Shown piece by piece: positions 38,588-47,856 of a DNA stretch of 64,000 nt (within the stretch, counting starts at the first letter, position 1; each line of letters opens with the position of its first letter). Position numbers and translations under genes: made by a program. Source of the stretch: Rhodospirillaceae bacterium. Its GTDB lineage: Bacteria; Pseudomonadota; Alphaproteobacteria; SHVP01. The notes beneath the pieces are model-generated. The model ran no database searches. It saw only the letters and a program-made list of their open reading frames with translations, and was not told the origin of the DNA. The stretch covers positions 16,533-80,532 of the forward strand of contig PBKD01000014.1 in assembly GCA_002722055.1 (NCBI GenBank), in the 5' to 3' direction.

Positions 38588-40096
38588 ATGCGTTTAAGTA
38601 AATTATTTGCTGCTGGAGTTGCTGTATTATTCTCAACATCAATTTTTTCAGCATCAAACGCAGCTGATACATTAAAGGTTGCACACTACGACCAACCTGC
38701 ACAAATGGGTATGCCATATGGTACATTTGGAGCAAATGGAGCCTATCAATTATATGCAATTTTTGATGGTCTTACTTTTGTAGATGATGATAAAAAAGTT
38801 TATCCACTTTTAGCTACAGAATGGAAATTAAAAGATGCAAATACTTGGATTGTAAAATTGAGAAAAGGCGTTACTTTTCATAATGGAGTTCCATGGAATG
38901 CAGATGCTATGCTAGGAAACGTTGATGCTATAAATAACGATCCAGTTGTTTCTAAACAACAAGCTAGAAGACAGCTTGCTACAATCGTTAGTGGTAAAAA
39001 GATTGATGACTATACCGTCGAATTAACAACTAAAGTTCCAGATCCTGTTCTACCAAAACGATTACATATCATGAGACCACATGAACCTAAAGCTTGGGCA
39101 GATTTAGGCCCTAAAGGTTATGCAAGAGAACCAGTAGGAACCGGAAGCTATAAAATTGTTAAATGGGGTAATGATGGATTAAAAATGACTGCATATGAAA
39201 ATGCATGGAGAAAACCAAAAACTAAAAATGTAGAGATTACAATTATTCCAGAAATTGCTACAAGAGTTCAAGCGCTTAACTCAGGACAGGTACATATTGC
39301 ATGGGCACTTGATACCGGTGCAATGCCAATTGTCGAAGCTGGTGGAAACAAAGTTGTTGTTTCAAGGAGACATGATACTCTAAATTTAATTCTTCATCAT
39401 AGAAAAGAAGGTAGTCCAGTTAAAGATGTAAGAGTTCGTAGAGCCCTGAATTATGCCTATGACAAAGAAACTTTCGTTAAAGAAGTTATGGGAGGAATGA
39501 CTAAAACCAATGGGCAGCCTGCCGACTCAAGCGCAACTGGTTATTTCCCTGATATTAAACCTTACCCTTATGATCCAGCGAAAGCTAAAAAGCTTCTTGC
39601 TGAAGCAGGGTATCCTAATGGTTTTGATATGAAAATTGAAATGGTAGTTGCTAGTGGTGAGTTTGGAGACACTTTTCAAGCTATGGCTGCTGATTTTAAA
39701 AAGGTTGGGGTAAATGCTGAACTAGTTGTCCTAACAATTCCAATATTTGTTAAGAAAATTCTTAAGCAACAACCTTGGGAAGGCGATGCTTTCACAATGA
39801 TGTTTGAGTCCCATCCTATAGCAGACTTAACAAGGGTAATGGCTACTCACTCCTGTAATTTCTTTGCTAAGCATATTTGTTTCGAAGAAATGAAAGAAAC
39901 TATAGCAGCTATGGACTCTGAGTTTGATCCAGAAAAAAGGCTTAAACTTATGAAAAAAGTGGCTCAGTTTTATCATGATCAAGCCCCAGTGGTATTTAGT
40001 CATGAAAGACCTGCTATCGATGGTGTGTCACCTAAAGTCAAAGGTTATAAACTAGTCAACAGGGTTCCAAATTGGCATCAAATTTCTGTAGACTAA
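38588..40096 (+). CDS. Orphan family-5 (DppA/OppA-like) periplasmic substrate-binding protein
   Basis: It is 502 aa with a Sec signal peptide (AAGVAVLFSTSIFSASNA) and the family-5 SBP fold. A strong RBS GGGAGG lies 8 nt upstream. It has its own promoter and terminator, and no transporter genes adjacent. Confidence 0.85.
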   Translation: MRLSKLFAAGVAVLFSTSIFSASNAADTLKVAHYDQPAQMGMPYGTFGANGAYQLYAIFDGLTFVDDDKKVYPLLATEWKLKDANTWIVKLRKGVTFHNGVPWNADAMLGNVDAINNDPVVSKQQARRQLATIVSGKKIDDYTVELTTKVPDPVLPKRLHIMRPHEPKAWADLGPKGYAREPVGTGSYKIVKWGNDGLKMTAYENAWRKPKTKNVEITIIPEIATRVQALNSGQVHIAWALDTGAMPIVEAGGNKVVVSRRHDTLNLILHHRKEGSPVKDVRVRRALNYAYDKETFVKEVMGGMTKTNGQPADSSATGYFPDIKPYPYDPAKAKKLLAEAGYPNGFDMKIEMVVASGEFGDTFQAMAADFKKVGVNAELVVLTIPIFVKKILKQQPWEGDAFTMMFESHPIADLTRVMATHSCNFFAKHICFEEMKETIAAMDSEFDPEKRLKLMKKVAQFYHDQAPVVFSHERPAIDGVSPKVKGYKLVNRVPNWHQISVD

Positions 40097-40120
40097 TTTA
40101 TAATTGGATAGTATTTAAAA

Positions 40121-40149
40121 GGGAGCTTAGTCTTAAGCTCCCTTTTTTA
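40121..40149 (+). terminator. Strong rho-independent terminator (gggagcttag / ctaagctccc, followed by tttttt)
   Basis: There is a perfect 9-10-bp GC-rich stem, a 4-nt loop and a T6 tract. Confidence 0.85.
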
Positions 40150-40173
40150 TTGTTTTATTGATATTTTTTCATC

Positions 40174-40857
40174 ATGAGAATAATTAGATTACCATTTAGA
40201 GCTATTACACTGATACTAGTTATTTATTTCTGGTGGTTGGGGGTTGGAAATGGTCTTTATATTGGCGCAAGTTCTGGATATATGACAAATTGGGGAGGTG
40301 GCCTCAGATATCTTACTAATTGGGTGCTAATACTAAATCTACTTGTTGCTGTAAATGCAGTAATGAATGAACACCTAGAAAGAACACCTTTCAACTTTAT
40401 TATTCCTGCCACACTTTCAATGAACTTTGTAGTGATAGCTTTATACTGGGGACTGAGAATTATTGATAAATCATATTTGGACGTTAATACAGAAGATTGG
40501 AGTACTTTTGAGTGGTTGTGGGACTTTTATTTGCACTGGGGCATGTCAATTTTACTTTTAATAGAGCTATTCTTCTTTAATAAATCATCATCAAAAACTA
40601 TATCCTCTTATTTTACTCTGATGGTTATTTTCTTTAGTTATATTTTTTGGATAGAATTAATAATTATGCCAAATAATGATGAACCATGTGGAAACTATAC
40701 CTGTGGGTTTCCATACCCATTTCTAAATGAAATGGAGCTTTCAGATAGAAACATATTTTACTTTGGAGTATGGGTATTAGGTACAGTCTCATTTGTTCTA
40801 GCTAGAGTAATTCTTTGGGCTAGCAAAAAAGTCATAATGAAGGAATTAACAGAGTAA
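40174..40857 (+). CDS. Hypothetical polytopic membrane protein (5-6 TM), possibly FAR-17a/AIG1-like (Pr6Pr)
   Basis: The hydrophobicity pattern supports 5-6 TM helices. It has a W-rich loop and a C-terminal CGNYTCGFPYP motif. No confident family call is possible. Confidence 0.4.
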   Translation: MRIIRLPFRAITLILVIYFWWLGVGNGLYIGASSGYMTNWGGGLRYLTNWVLILNLLVAVNAVMNEHLERTPFNFIIPATLSMNFVVIALYWGLRIIDKSYLDVNTEDWSTFEWLWDFYLHWGMSILLLIELFFFNKSSSKTISSYFTLMVIFFSYIFWIELIIMPNNDEPCGNYTCGFPYPFLNEMELSDRNIFYFGVWVLGTVSFVLARVILWASKKVIMKELTE

Positions 40858-40897
40858 AATTAAAAGCTAATTTCACATTTTAGACTTAGTAAAGCCA

Positions 40898-41473
40898 TTA
40901 CATACCAAAATCTTTAATTTCTAAATCCGATAGTTGCTCCCTAACATCTTCCAATTGATTGGTGTAAATATTTAATACTTTGATAGAGGTTACCAACCTA
41001 TGGTAAACTTCATCAGTATTTACTGGAATCCAGTTTTTAACATCCCTGATAATAACTTGCTCTGGAATCCAGTTAATATGACTATTTTTTTGAGAAGAAC
41101 CTCTCAATTCCATTGCTGGATAGGCGCCCCCGTTTGAACTAGAAATCGTAACTATCAACGCAGGTTTATGCCAAAAAGGTTTAGTGCCTAGTAACAAAAT
41201 TAAATTTTTAACATGAGGAGGCACCATACCGTGCCATTCGGGGACTACAAAAATAAACCCCTTTGATTGGCTAAAATTTTTTTTTAAATTAATGATATTT
41301 TCTTCATCACTTCCATAACCTTCCTCATTCCATAATGGAAGTTTATTTGAATAGAGACTAAATATATAAGAGTTAATATTCAATTGATCTTTTATTATTT
41401 TTTCAATAATTTTTGAAACCCTCTCTGATTGTGAAAGTTTCCTATTACTTCCAGAAATAATAATTATTTCCAT
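40898..41473 (-). CDS. NAD(P)H-dependent FMN reductase (SsuE/ArsH-like flavodoxin fold)
   Basis: It has the N-terminal IIIISGSNR and the VPEWHG motif typical of PF03358. Its start overlaps the stop of the upstream ABC ATPase by 1 nt. Confidence 0.75.
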   Translation of the reverse strand: MEIIIISGSNRKLSQSERVSKIIEKIIKDQLNINSYIFSLYSNKLPLWNEEGYGSDEENIINLKKNFSQSKGFIFVVPEWHGMVPPHVKNLILLLGTKPFWHKPALIVTISSSNGGAYPAMELRGSSQKNSHINWIPEQVIIRDVKNWIPVNTDEVYHRLVTSIKVLNIYTNQLEDVREQLSDLEIKDFGM

Positions 41474-42516
41474 TAATTACCCAATTGACCTGAAGATGAT
41501 GATCTTTTCGTCATAAAATCATCAAAGGATTTATCAAAGTCCTCAAACTTTGAACTTGGCTGCACAATATCCTTCATCTTCTCAACTTCAAAGCATCTAA
41601 CAAGACGGTCATCTGAAGGAATTAGATCAGGATGATTATCTTGGCATTCTTTAGTAGATAGTGGGCACCTTGATTCCAGAAAACAGCCTTTTGGTAGGTT
41701 TATTGGGCTAGGTATTTCTCCTGATAGTTCTAGCGACTCATCCATAACTATATCTGGGTCAGGAAGAAGAATAGACGATAGTAAACCTGTAGAATAAGGA
41801 TGACTTGGCCTAGTGAAAATTTTACTCGTTTCACCAAATTCAACTATTTCACCCAGATACATAACTGCGGTTTCATCTGTAAGATATCTTACAGTACTTA
41901 GATCATGAGAGATATAAATATAACTTACACCAAAATCTTTTTGCACATCCTGAAGCATCGAGAGAATTTCAGCTCTAGCAGTTGGGTCAAGAGCAGAAGT
42001 TGGTTCATCCAAAACAATTAATTTTGGATCTGTAATCAGCGCTCTAGCTATCCCTGCTCGTTGCTGTTGTCCTGCACTTAATTGTGATGGATACATTGAA
42101 AGTTGCTCCTCTTCTAAAGAAACTTTTTCAGAAACATTTTTTAGCTTTGAATTCCAGGACGATTTTTCTACACCAAGCCCTTTCAATGGTTCACAAATTG
42201 AATCTCCAACTTTTATCCTAGGGTCTAAAGATTCTGAAGGCTCCTGAAAAACAAGTTGAATTTTTCCTCTTATATCTGGGTGTCTTATATTCACTTTACT
42301 TCCGATCGAGCGTTGCTCAAAAGAAATAGATCCTTTATTGGGATCAATAAGACCAACAATTAATCTACCTAAAGTTGTTTTACCAGATCCAGACTCACCA
42401 ACAACACCTACAGTCTTCCCTTCATTTATATCAAGACTAACACCATTAAGAGCTCTGACATCTCCACCTTTAGTTTTGAAAATTTTAACTACATCTTTTA
42501 CTTCAAGTATTTTCAT
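41473..42516 (-). CDS. Peptide/opine/nickel-type ABC transporter ATP-binding protein (DppF-like)
   Basis: It has the Walker A GESGSGKTT, the LSAGQQQR signature and a C-terminal Cys-rich extension. Confidence 0.85.
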   Translation of the reverse strand: MKILEVKDVVKIFKTKGGDVRALNGVSLDINEGKTVGVVGESGSGKTTLGRLIVGLIDPNKGSISFEQRSIGSKVNIRHPDIRGKIQLVFQEPSESLDPRIKVGDSICEPLKGLGVEKSSWNSKLKNVSEKVSLEEEQLSMYPSQLSAGQQQRAGIARALITDPKLIVLDEPTSALDPTARAEILSMLQDVQKDFGVSYIYISHDLSTVRYLTDETAVMYLGEIVEFGETSKIFTRPSHPYSTGLLSSILLPDPDIVMDESLELSGEIPSPINLPKGCFLESRCPLSTKECQDNHPDLIPSDDRLVRCFEVEKMKDIVQPSSKFEDFDKSFDDFMTKRSSSSGQLGN

Positions 42517-42545
42517 CCAAAATCCTTTAAAAATAATTAGAATAA

Positions 42546-43463
42546 TTATCTAATCATTCTTACTAAATGCCCCTTTTCAACCTCTATCATCTTATCAGGT
42601 ACATTGCCATTTACAAAAAATTCTTTTGACCATTTTTGAGGTTCAGTAGAATAAACTTTTCTCCATTTTACAGAATGTGAAAAAGCTGACAACAGTGCTA
42701 AACTATAAGGATGAATAGGGTTTCTAAAAAAACTCTTTATTGGAGCTATTTCAACTATCTGCCCACGGAATAACAAACCTAAGTGATCACAAAAATGAGC
42801 AGCTAAACCTATATCTCTAGTAATGAATAGAACAGAGAGATTTTTTTCTTTAATTATATTTTGCATCAATTTCATGATTTCTCTCTGCACAGTTACATCT
42901 AAACCGCTGGTAGCATCATCAGAAATTACAAATTTAGGATTACAAATTAGCGACATAGCAATAATTACTCTTTGAGCCATACCACCACTTAACTCATGAG
43001 GGTAGGCAGAATATCTGGAGCGATGGTCTGGAATTTGAACAGATTCAAGAACTTTAAGAACAGCTTCTCTAGCCTCTCTATTATTTAACTTTAAATGAGT
43101 TTTTACTATATCTCCTAATTGACGACCAATAGTTAACAACGGATCAAGCTCGCTTTTTGGGTTTGGCACAATTAATGAAATTTGTGAACCCAAATAGTTT
43201 TTTAGTTCTTTCTGGGGCATAGTTACAATATCTTTATTTTCAAATAGTATCTTACCAGCTGTTACCTCTCCAGGTTCAACTAACTGACGGGTTATTGCCC
43301 TAGCTATTGAAGTTTTTCCTGCTCCAGATTCGCCAACCAAACCTAAAACTTTGCCTTTATCTATAGTAAAAGAAACATCTTTAACAGCTGTTGTGCCAGA
43401 ACCTTTATATCCAGGGTAATCAACTGTTAAATTATTTAATGATAAAGAGATATTCTCAGTCAT
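42546..43463 (-). CDS. ABC transporter ATP-binding protein (DppD-like)
   Basis: It has the Walker A GESGAGKTS and the LSGGMAQR signature. Confidence 0.85.
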   Translation of the reverse strand: MTENISLSLNNLTVDYPGYKGSGTTAVKDVSFTIDKGKVLGLVGESGAGKTSIARAITRQLVEPGEVTAGKILFENKDIVTMPQKELKNYLGSQISLIVPNPKSELDPLLTIGRQLGDIVKTHLKLNNREAREAVLKVLESVQIPDHRSRYSAYPHELSGGMAQRVIIAMSLICNPKFVISDDATSGLDVTVQREIMKLMQNIIKEKNLSVLFITRDIGLAAHFCDHLGLLFRGQIVEIAPIKSFFRNPIHPYSLALLSAFSHSVKWRKVYSTEPQKWSKEFFVNGNVPDKMIEVEKGHLVRMIR

Positions 43464-44474
43464 TTAATCCCTCAATCTTGGGTCAATGGCAAAATATAAC
43501 AGATCAACAATTAAATATAAAATTAGACATAGTATAGCTGACCAAACCACAAAGCCCATTACTGGATTTATATCAGCATTAAGAACACCAGATAGAGCAT
43601 ATTGTCCTGCACCACCCCAACTAAACACAATCTCAACTAAGACAGCACCTCCAATTAAAAAACTATATAAAACTGACACTATAGTTAAAACTGAAGGTAA
43701 TGAGTTTCTAAAAGCTCTTCTAACTATTTGAAATTCTGTAAGACCACAGCTTCGTGCATAGCGAATATGATCTGACTCTAATAATCTGTCCATAGTTGAT
43801 TGAGTCATTTTTATAATCGGCCCTGCATTAATTAAACCAAGAGTAAGAACTGGCAATGTTAAGTGTGCAACAACATTGCTAAATGTTTCCCAATCTCCAG
43901 CAATTAGTGAATCAATAAAATAAGACCCACTAACTACTGCTGGAGGCAAAATTCCAAGATCCAACCTGCCCATTGGAGCAGCAGCCCAACCTAGAATAGT
44001 ATAAAAAACAAATATAAATATTAAACCCAACCAGAAATCTGGAAGAGATCCAGCTAATAAACCATAGTATGTAGAAAATTTGTTAATAATTGATTTTTTT
44101 AAAAGTGAAGCAAGTATTCCTACAGGAATTCCTAAAATAAGAGCGAATAGCAAAGATAAAGTAACCAACTCCATAGTAGCTGGGAATCTCTTAAGCAAGT
44201 CTTCCATCACAGGTTTTGTTGTCTGCCAAGAAGTACCAAGATCTCCTGATAAAACCCTCTCAAGATAAATAACAAATTGCTCTATAAGTGATTTATCAAG
44301 ACCCATAACCGCTCTTATTTCATTTATTGCTTCCTGAGATGCAAGAGGGCCAAGCATTAGTAAAGCCGGGTCGCCAGGTATCATTTTTAAAAGAAAAAAG
44401 CTCACAGCAATAATTCCAAAAAGCTGGGGCAAAACAAACAACAATCTTCTGCCTATATACCTTATTAGAGCCAT
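43464..44474 (-). CDS. ABC transporter permease (DppB-like)
   Basis: It has the N-terminal RRLL......F.....L.PGDP motif and the conserved IRYARSCGL loop. Confidence 0.8.
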   Translation of the reverse strand: MALIRYIGRRLLFVLPQLFGIIAVSFFLLKMIPGDPALLMLGPLASQEAINEIRAVMGLDKSLIEQFVIYLERVLSGDLGTSWQTTKPVMEDLLKRFPATMELVTLSLLFALILGIPVGILASLLKKSIINKFSTYYGLLAGSLPDFWLGLIFIFVFYTILGWAAAPMGRLDLGILPPAVVSGSYFIDSLIAGDWETFSNVVAHLTLPVLTLGLINAGPIIKMTQSTMDRLLESDHIRYARSCGLTEFQIVRRAFRNSLPSVLTIVSVLYSFLIGGAVLVEIVFSWGGAGQYALSGVLNADINPVMGFVVWSAILCLILYLIVDLLYFAIDPRLRD

Positions 44475-44493
44475 TTAAAAACCTCTTTGCTTA

Positions 44494-45363
44494 TTAATAC
44501 TTTGCTATAGCAGCTCTTCTTCTTACAGGATCAGCTAATACTTCAACACTTGCTCCAATCAAAGCAAAACTAAAAACAGTCAAACCTAAAACTATTCCAG
44601 GAAAAGTCGATGGCCACCATTGTCCAGTTACAATATTTTTAAAACCTACAGCTATCATACTACCCCATTCTGGAGTTGGAGCTTCAACACCTGCTCCTGC
44701 AAAACTTAATGCAGCAGCAAGAAGAACTGACCAACCTACATTAACAGATAAATGGCTTAAAATAGGACCCATTGAATTTGGAACAATATGTTTAATAATC
44801 AAATTTACATCAGAAAGCCCGGAAAGATAGGCCGCTTCTACATATCTCATTTGTCTTATGGATAATGCTTGAGTTCTCATTAGTCTGACATATATAGGCA
44901 TATTAACAAAAGCAATCGCAGCAATGATACTATATAGCCCCTGACCAAAAATTGCTACAAGTGCTATAGCAAAAACAAATACTGGAAAAGATTGAATTAC
45001 ATCCAATGCACGCATAGTAAAGCTACTAAATACTGTTTTAAGTCTTCCCCTTGCCTCGTAATAACCAACAAACGCGCCAATTGCAGTTCCAACAATTGCT
45101 GATACAGCTGTACCTAAAAAAGCTATACTAAGGTCCAACCTTATAGAATATATACAACGACTGAAAATATCCATCCCAGTCTCATCAGTTCCGAATAAAT
45201 GCCTCCAACTAGGAGCCTGAAGATAATCATCAGGGTTAGCTGTTTGTGGTGGCCAAGGAGCTATTAAGTCAGCAAAAATTGCTAAAAAAATAAGAAAGAA
45301 TACAAAAAAATAACCGAAACCTATTAGAGGACGGTCTTTGCAATATAGAAAAAGTACTTTCAT
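44494..45363 (-). CDS. ABC transporter permease (DppC-like)
   Basis: It is polytopic with the EAA loop VEAAYLSGLSD. Confidence 0.8.
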   Translation of the reverse strand: MKVLFLYCKDRPLIGFGYFFVFFLIFLAIFADLIAPWPPQTANPDDYLQAPSWRHLFGTDETGMDIFSRCIYSIRLDLSIAFLGTAVSAIVGTAIGAFVGYYEARGRLKTVFSSFTMRALDVIQSFPVFVFAIALVAIFGQGLYSIIAAIAFVNMPIYVRLMRTQALSIRQMRYVEAAYLSGLSDVNLIIKHIVPNSMGPILSHLSVNVGWSVLLAAALSFAGAGVEAPTPEWGSMIAVGFKNIVTGQWWPSTFPGIVLGLTVFSFALIGASVEVLADPVRRRAAIAKY

Positions 45364-45389
45364 GATATATTTACTAAACTAAAATACTT

Positions 45390-45420
45390 GAACAGTCACT
45401 CTAATTAAGAGTGACTGTTC
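45390..45420 (-). promoter_or_regulatory. Intra-operon hairpin between the binding-protein gene and the permease genes (13-bp perfect stem gaacagtcactct/agagtgactgttc)
   Basis: The perfect inverted repeat with a 4-nt loop is seen directly. On the transcribed (minus) strand it is followed by a moderately U-rich stretch. It is a candidate partial terminator or stabiliser that would decouple binding-protein and permease expression. Confidence 0.55.
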
Positions 45421-45435
45421 AAAATTATTTAAATA

Positions 45436-47061
45436 CTATGCCCAGTAAAAATCACCAGCACATGTGTGATTATATGTTCTATAAGTATAACCTTTAAGAT
45501 CTTTATTTCTTACTAAAGAGAAATCAGGGTTGCTTATAAGAACAACAGGCGCATCATCTAGAATTATTGATTGACATTTATCAAGCATTTCAAATCTAGC
45601 TGCTGCATTACCTTCACTTGCGGCTGCTGTTAATATTTTATCAACTTCTGGGTTATTATAGTTAGAGTAATTAACAAAAGAAGATGATAAATAATACAAG
45701 TTAAGAGCATAACCTGGATCTGGTGACCAAGGTGCATCACGATAAAAAGTCATTGGATGTTTTTTAGCAACAATCTCTTTAAAGTATGAAGCACTCGGAG
45801 TCTTTTTAAGTGTTAGTTTAACACCTATTTGTTCCAGAGCAGTTCTATAGAGAACAAGAAGAGGCTCTTGGAAAGTTTGACCGGCATCATATATAACATA
45901 AGTTTCAAAACCATTTGGATAACCAGCATCTTTTAACAGATCTCTAGCTTTATCTAAGTTCTGCTTGTTATAAGTAGTACCAGGCACATACCCAGGATAT
46001 ATATCAGGCATAACTCCCTCGAGAACCTTACCATAAGTTTGATAAACAGATTTAATGGCGGCAGCTTTTGGGAAAGCATAGTTCATTGCTTGTCTAACTC
46101 TTTTATCATTAAATGGTTTCTCTGCACAATTAAGATGCAACCAATCCATCCATGAAGATTGAACTGAATCAATTGCAACATTTGAAGCATTTTTCAAACT
46201 TGCAACCTCTAGAGGAGTAAGGAATTGAGCTACGTCTACACTTCCTTTTTTAACCAACTGTGCTCTTTGGGATGATGATGTAACTTCCTGCATAATGAAT
46301 GTATCAATAGCAGGTTTTCCATTCCAATAATCCTTTCGTGCTTTAGCTACTGCAGATGCACCTCTATCAATAGAAACCATATTATAAGGTCCATATCCTG
46401 CTACATTATTCTTAAGCCATTCTTTAGCCCAAGGATCATCACTTGTCGCTACCTCTTTACATTTTTTACTGTCTAAAATGTTGTTATATGGGTTTCTGTG
46501 TAATCTCATTAACATTGGAGCAGGTTTATCAAGTCTGAAAGAGACAGTGTACTTTCCATCAACTTGGATTTGCTCAGGTTTTGAAAGTCCAATAACAGAT
46601 GCAAAAAATCCACCAATTGCTCCCAATGCAAGTTTTCTGTCCCAAGACCACTTTACATCTTCTGCAGTGAGTTCATTACCCCAATGACTTTTTACACCTT
46701 TTCTCAAGTTAAAAGTAACAGAAGTCATGTCAGGTGCTATTTTCCAGCTCTCTGCAAGTTTTCCATACATTTTATGACCACTTGGTCTGTCAGGATATTT
46801 TTTTAAGTCTTCTCTTTTAGCATCAGGGTCCTTAGGATCAGGTATAGTATCGTATGCTATAAGACTATCATAACACGCACTAATAAAATCAAATGTACCC
46901 AAACTAGTATCAAACTCACTATCTAAACTTTGAGGTGTACCAGGTGATGCAAATATAAGAGAGTTACTCTTCTTCCCTGCTGAAGCAACTTTGCTAGCAA
47001 GAGGGACGGTCATCAGAGCTGATGCAGCTGCTGAATTTTTAAGAAACGATCTACGATCCAA
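45436..47061 (-). CDS. Family-5 substrate-binding protein with a twin-arginine (Tat) signal peptide
   Basis: It is 541 aa. The N-terminus MDRRSFLKNSAAASALMTVPLASKVASA contains the S/T-RRxFLK Tat motif. The fold is family-5 SBP. Confidence 0.85.
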   Translation of the reverse strand: MDRRSFLKNSAAASALMTVPLASKVASAGKKSNSLIFASPGTPQSLDSEFDTSLGTFDFISACYDSLIAYDTIPDPKDPDAKREDLKKYPDRPSGHKMYGKLAESWKIAPDMTSVTFNLRKGVKSHWGNELTAEDVKWSWDRKLALGAIGGFFASVIGLSKPEQIQVDGKYTVSFRLDKPAPMLMRLHRNPYNNILDSKKCKEVATSDDPWAKEWLKNNVAGYGPYNMVSIDRGASAVAKARKDYWNGKPAIDTFIMQEVTSSSQRAQLVKKGSVDVAQFLTPLEVASLKNASNVAIDSVQSSWMDWLHLNCAEKPFNDKRVRQAMNYAFPKAAAIKSVYQTYGKVLEGVMPDIYPGYVPGTTYNKQNLDKARDLLKDAGYPNGFETYVIYDAGQTFQEPLLVLYRTALEQIGVKLTLKKTPSASYFKEIVAKKHPMTFYRDAPWSPDPGYALNLYYLSSSFVNYSNYNNPEVDKILTAAASEGNAAARFEMLDKCQSIILDDAPVVLISNPDFSLVRNKDLKGYTYRTYNHTCAGDFYWA

Positions 47062-47520
47062 AGTGAAAATCCTCCATAAATTATTTACTATTTATAATAA
47101 GGTTAGCTCAGTTTAATACTATATTCAATTATTAAGCGCTAGACATTCACAAATACTGGCTTGCAATATAATTAACATTAAATATAAATCTTAACTATAT
47201 GAAATATATAATATTTTTTTTATATAAATTTATCTTAAATTTATATAAATCAAAAAAAAAAAATATTTTCATAAAATAATATTTTAAAATTTTGATAATT
47301 TGAGAAATAATATTTCAAATTTTTAAAAGTTATTTCAGGTTAGATTTATTGTCAAAAATCAAATTTTATGGAAAAAATTAAATTTATTCATTTTTATACA
47401 CAGGTTATTAAATTCAATGCCACATAATGTCATAGTTAATGAAAGTATTATGAATTATGCAATTTATGATATAATATTTGCTCATTAGATTTTTAAATAT
47501 CTATTTTTTGGGCTCACAAA

Positions 47521-47814
47521 ATGTCAGTAACTATTATTCTAGAGATAAAAGCCAAACCAGGAACTGGTTCAGAAATTATAGATAATCTTAGAGAGGTTTT
47601 ACCAGATACTAGAAGATATGATGGATGTGTTGGTTTAAAAACATATCAAAATCAAGAGAACCCTGACGTTATTGTTTTAGTAGAGGAATTTGAAAGCAGA
47701 GAAAAGTATTCTAAATACTTATCTTGGCGCCAAAATACAGGTGTTTTTGATAAACTAGCTTCAAAGCTTCAAGAACCACCCTCAATAAGATATTTTGATC
47801 TTACAGATGTTTAA
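47521..47814 (+). CDS. ABM-domain (antibiotic biosynthesis monooxygenase-like) small protein
   Basis: It is 97 aa with the ferredoxin-like ABM pattern (ILEIKAKPG...VLVEEFESREKY..H). Confidence 0.6.
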   Translation: MSVTIILEIKAKPGTGSEIIDNLREVLPDTRRYDGCVGLKTYQNQENPDVIVLVEEFESREKYSKYLSWRQNTGVFDKLASKLQEPPSIRYFDLTDV

Positions 47815-47856
47815 GTTTTAAAAAGATACATTAAGATATATCGAAAGGAAAAAGTT

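Noticed and set aside
38463-38759. 98-aa minus-strand ORF spanning the promoter and 5' end of the orphan binding-protein gene
   Set aside because: Its translation is low-complexity and Tyr/Leu/Lys-rich. It overlaps the strong RBS and signal-peptide region of a well-supported plus-strand gene. It is a shadow ORF.
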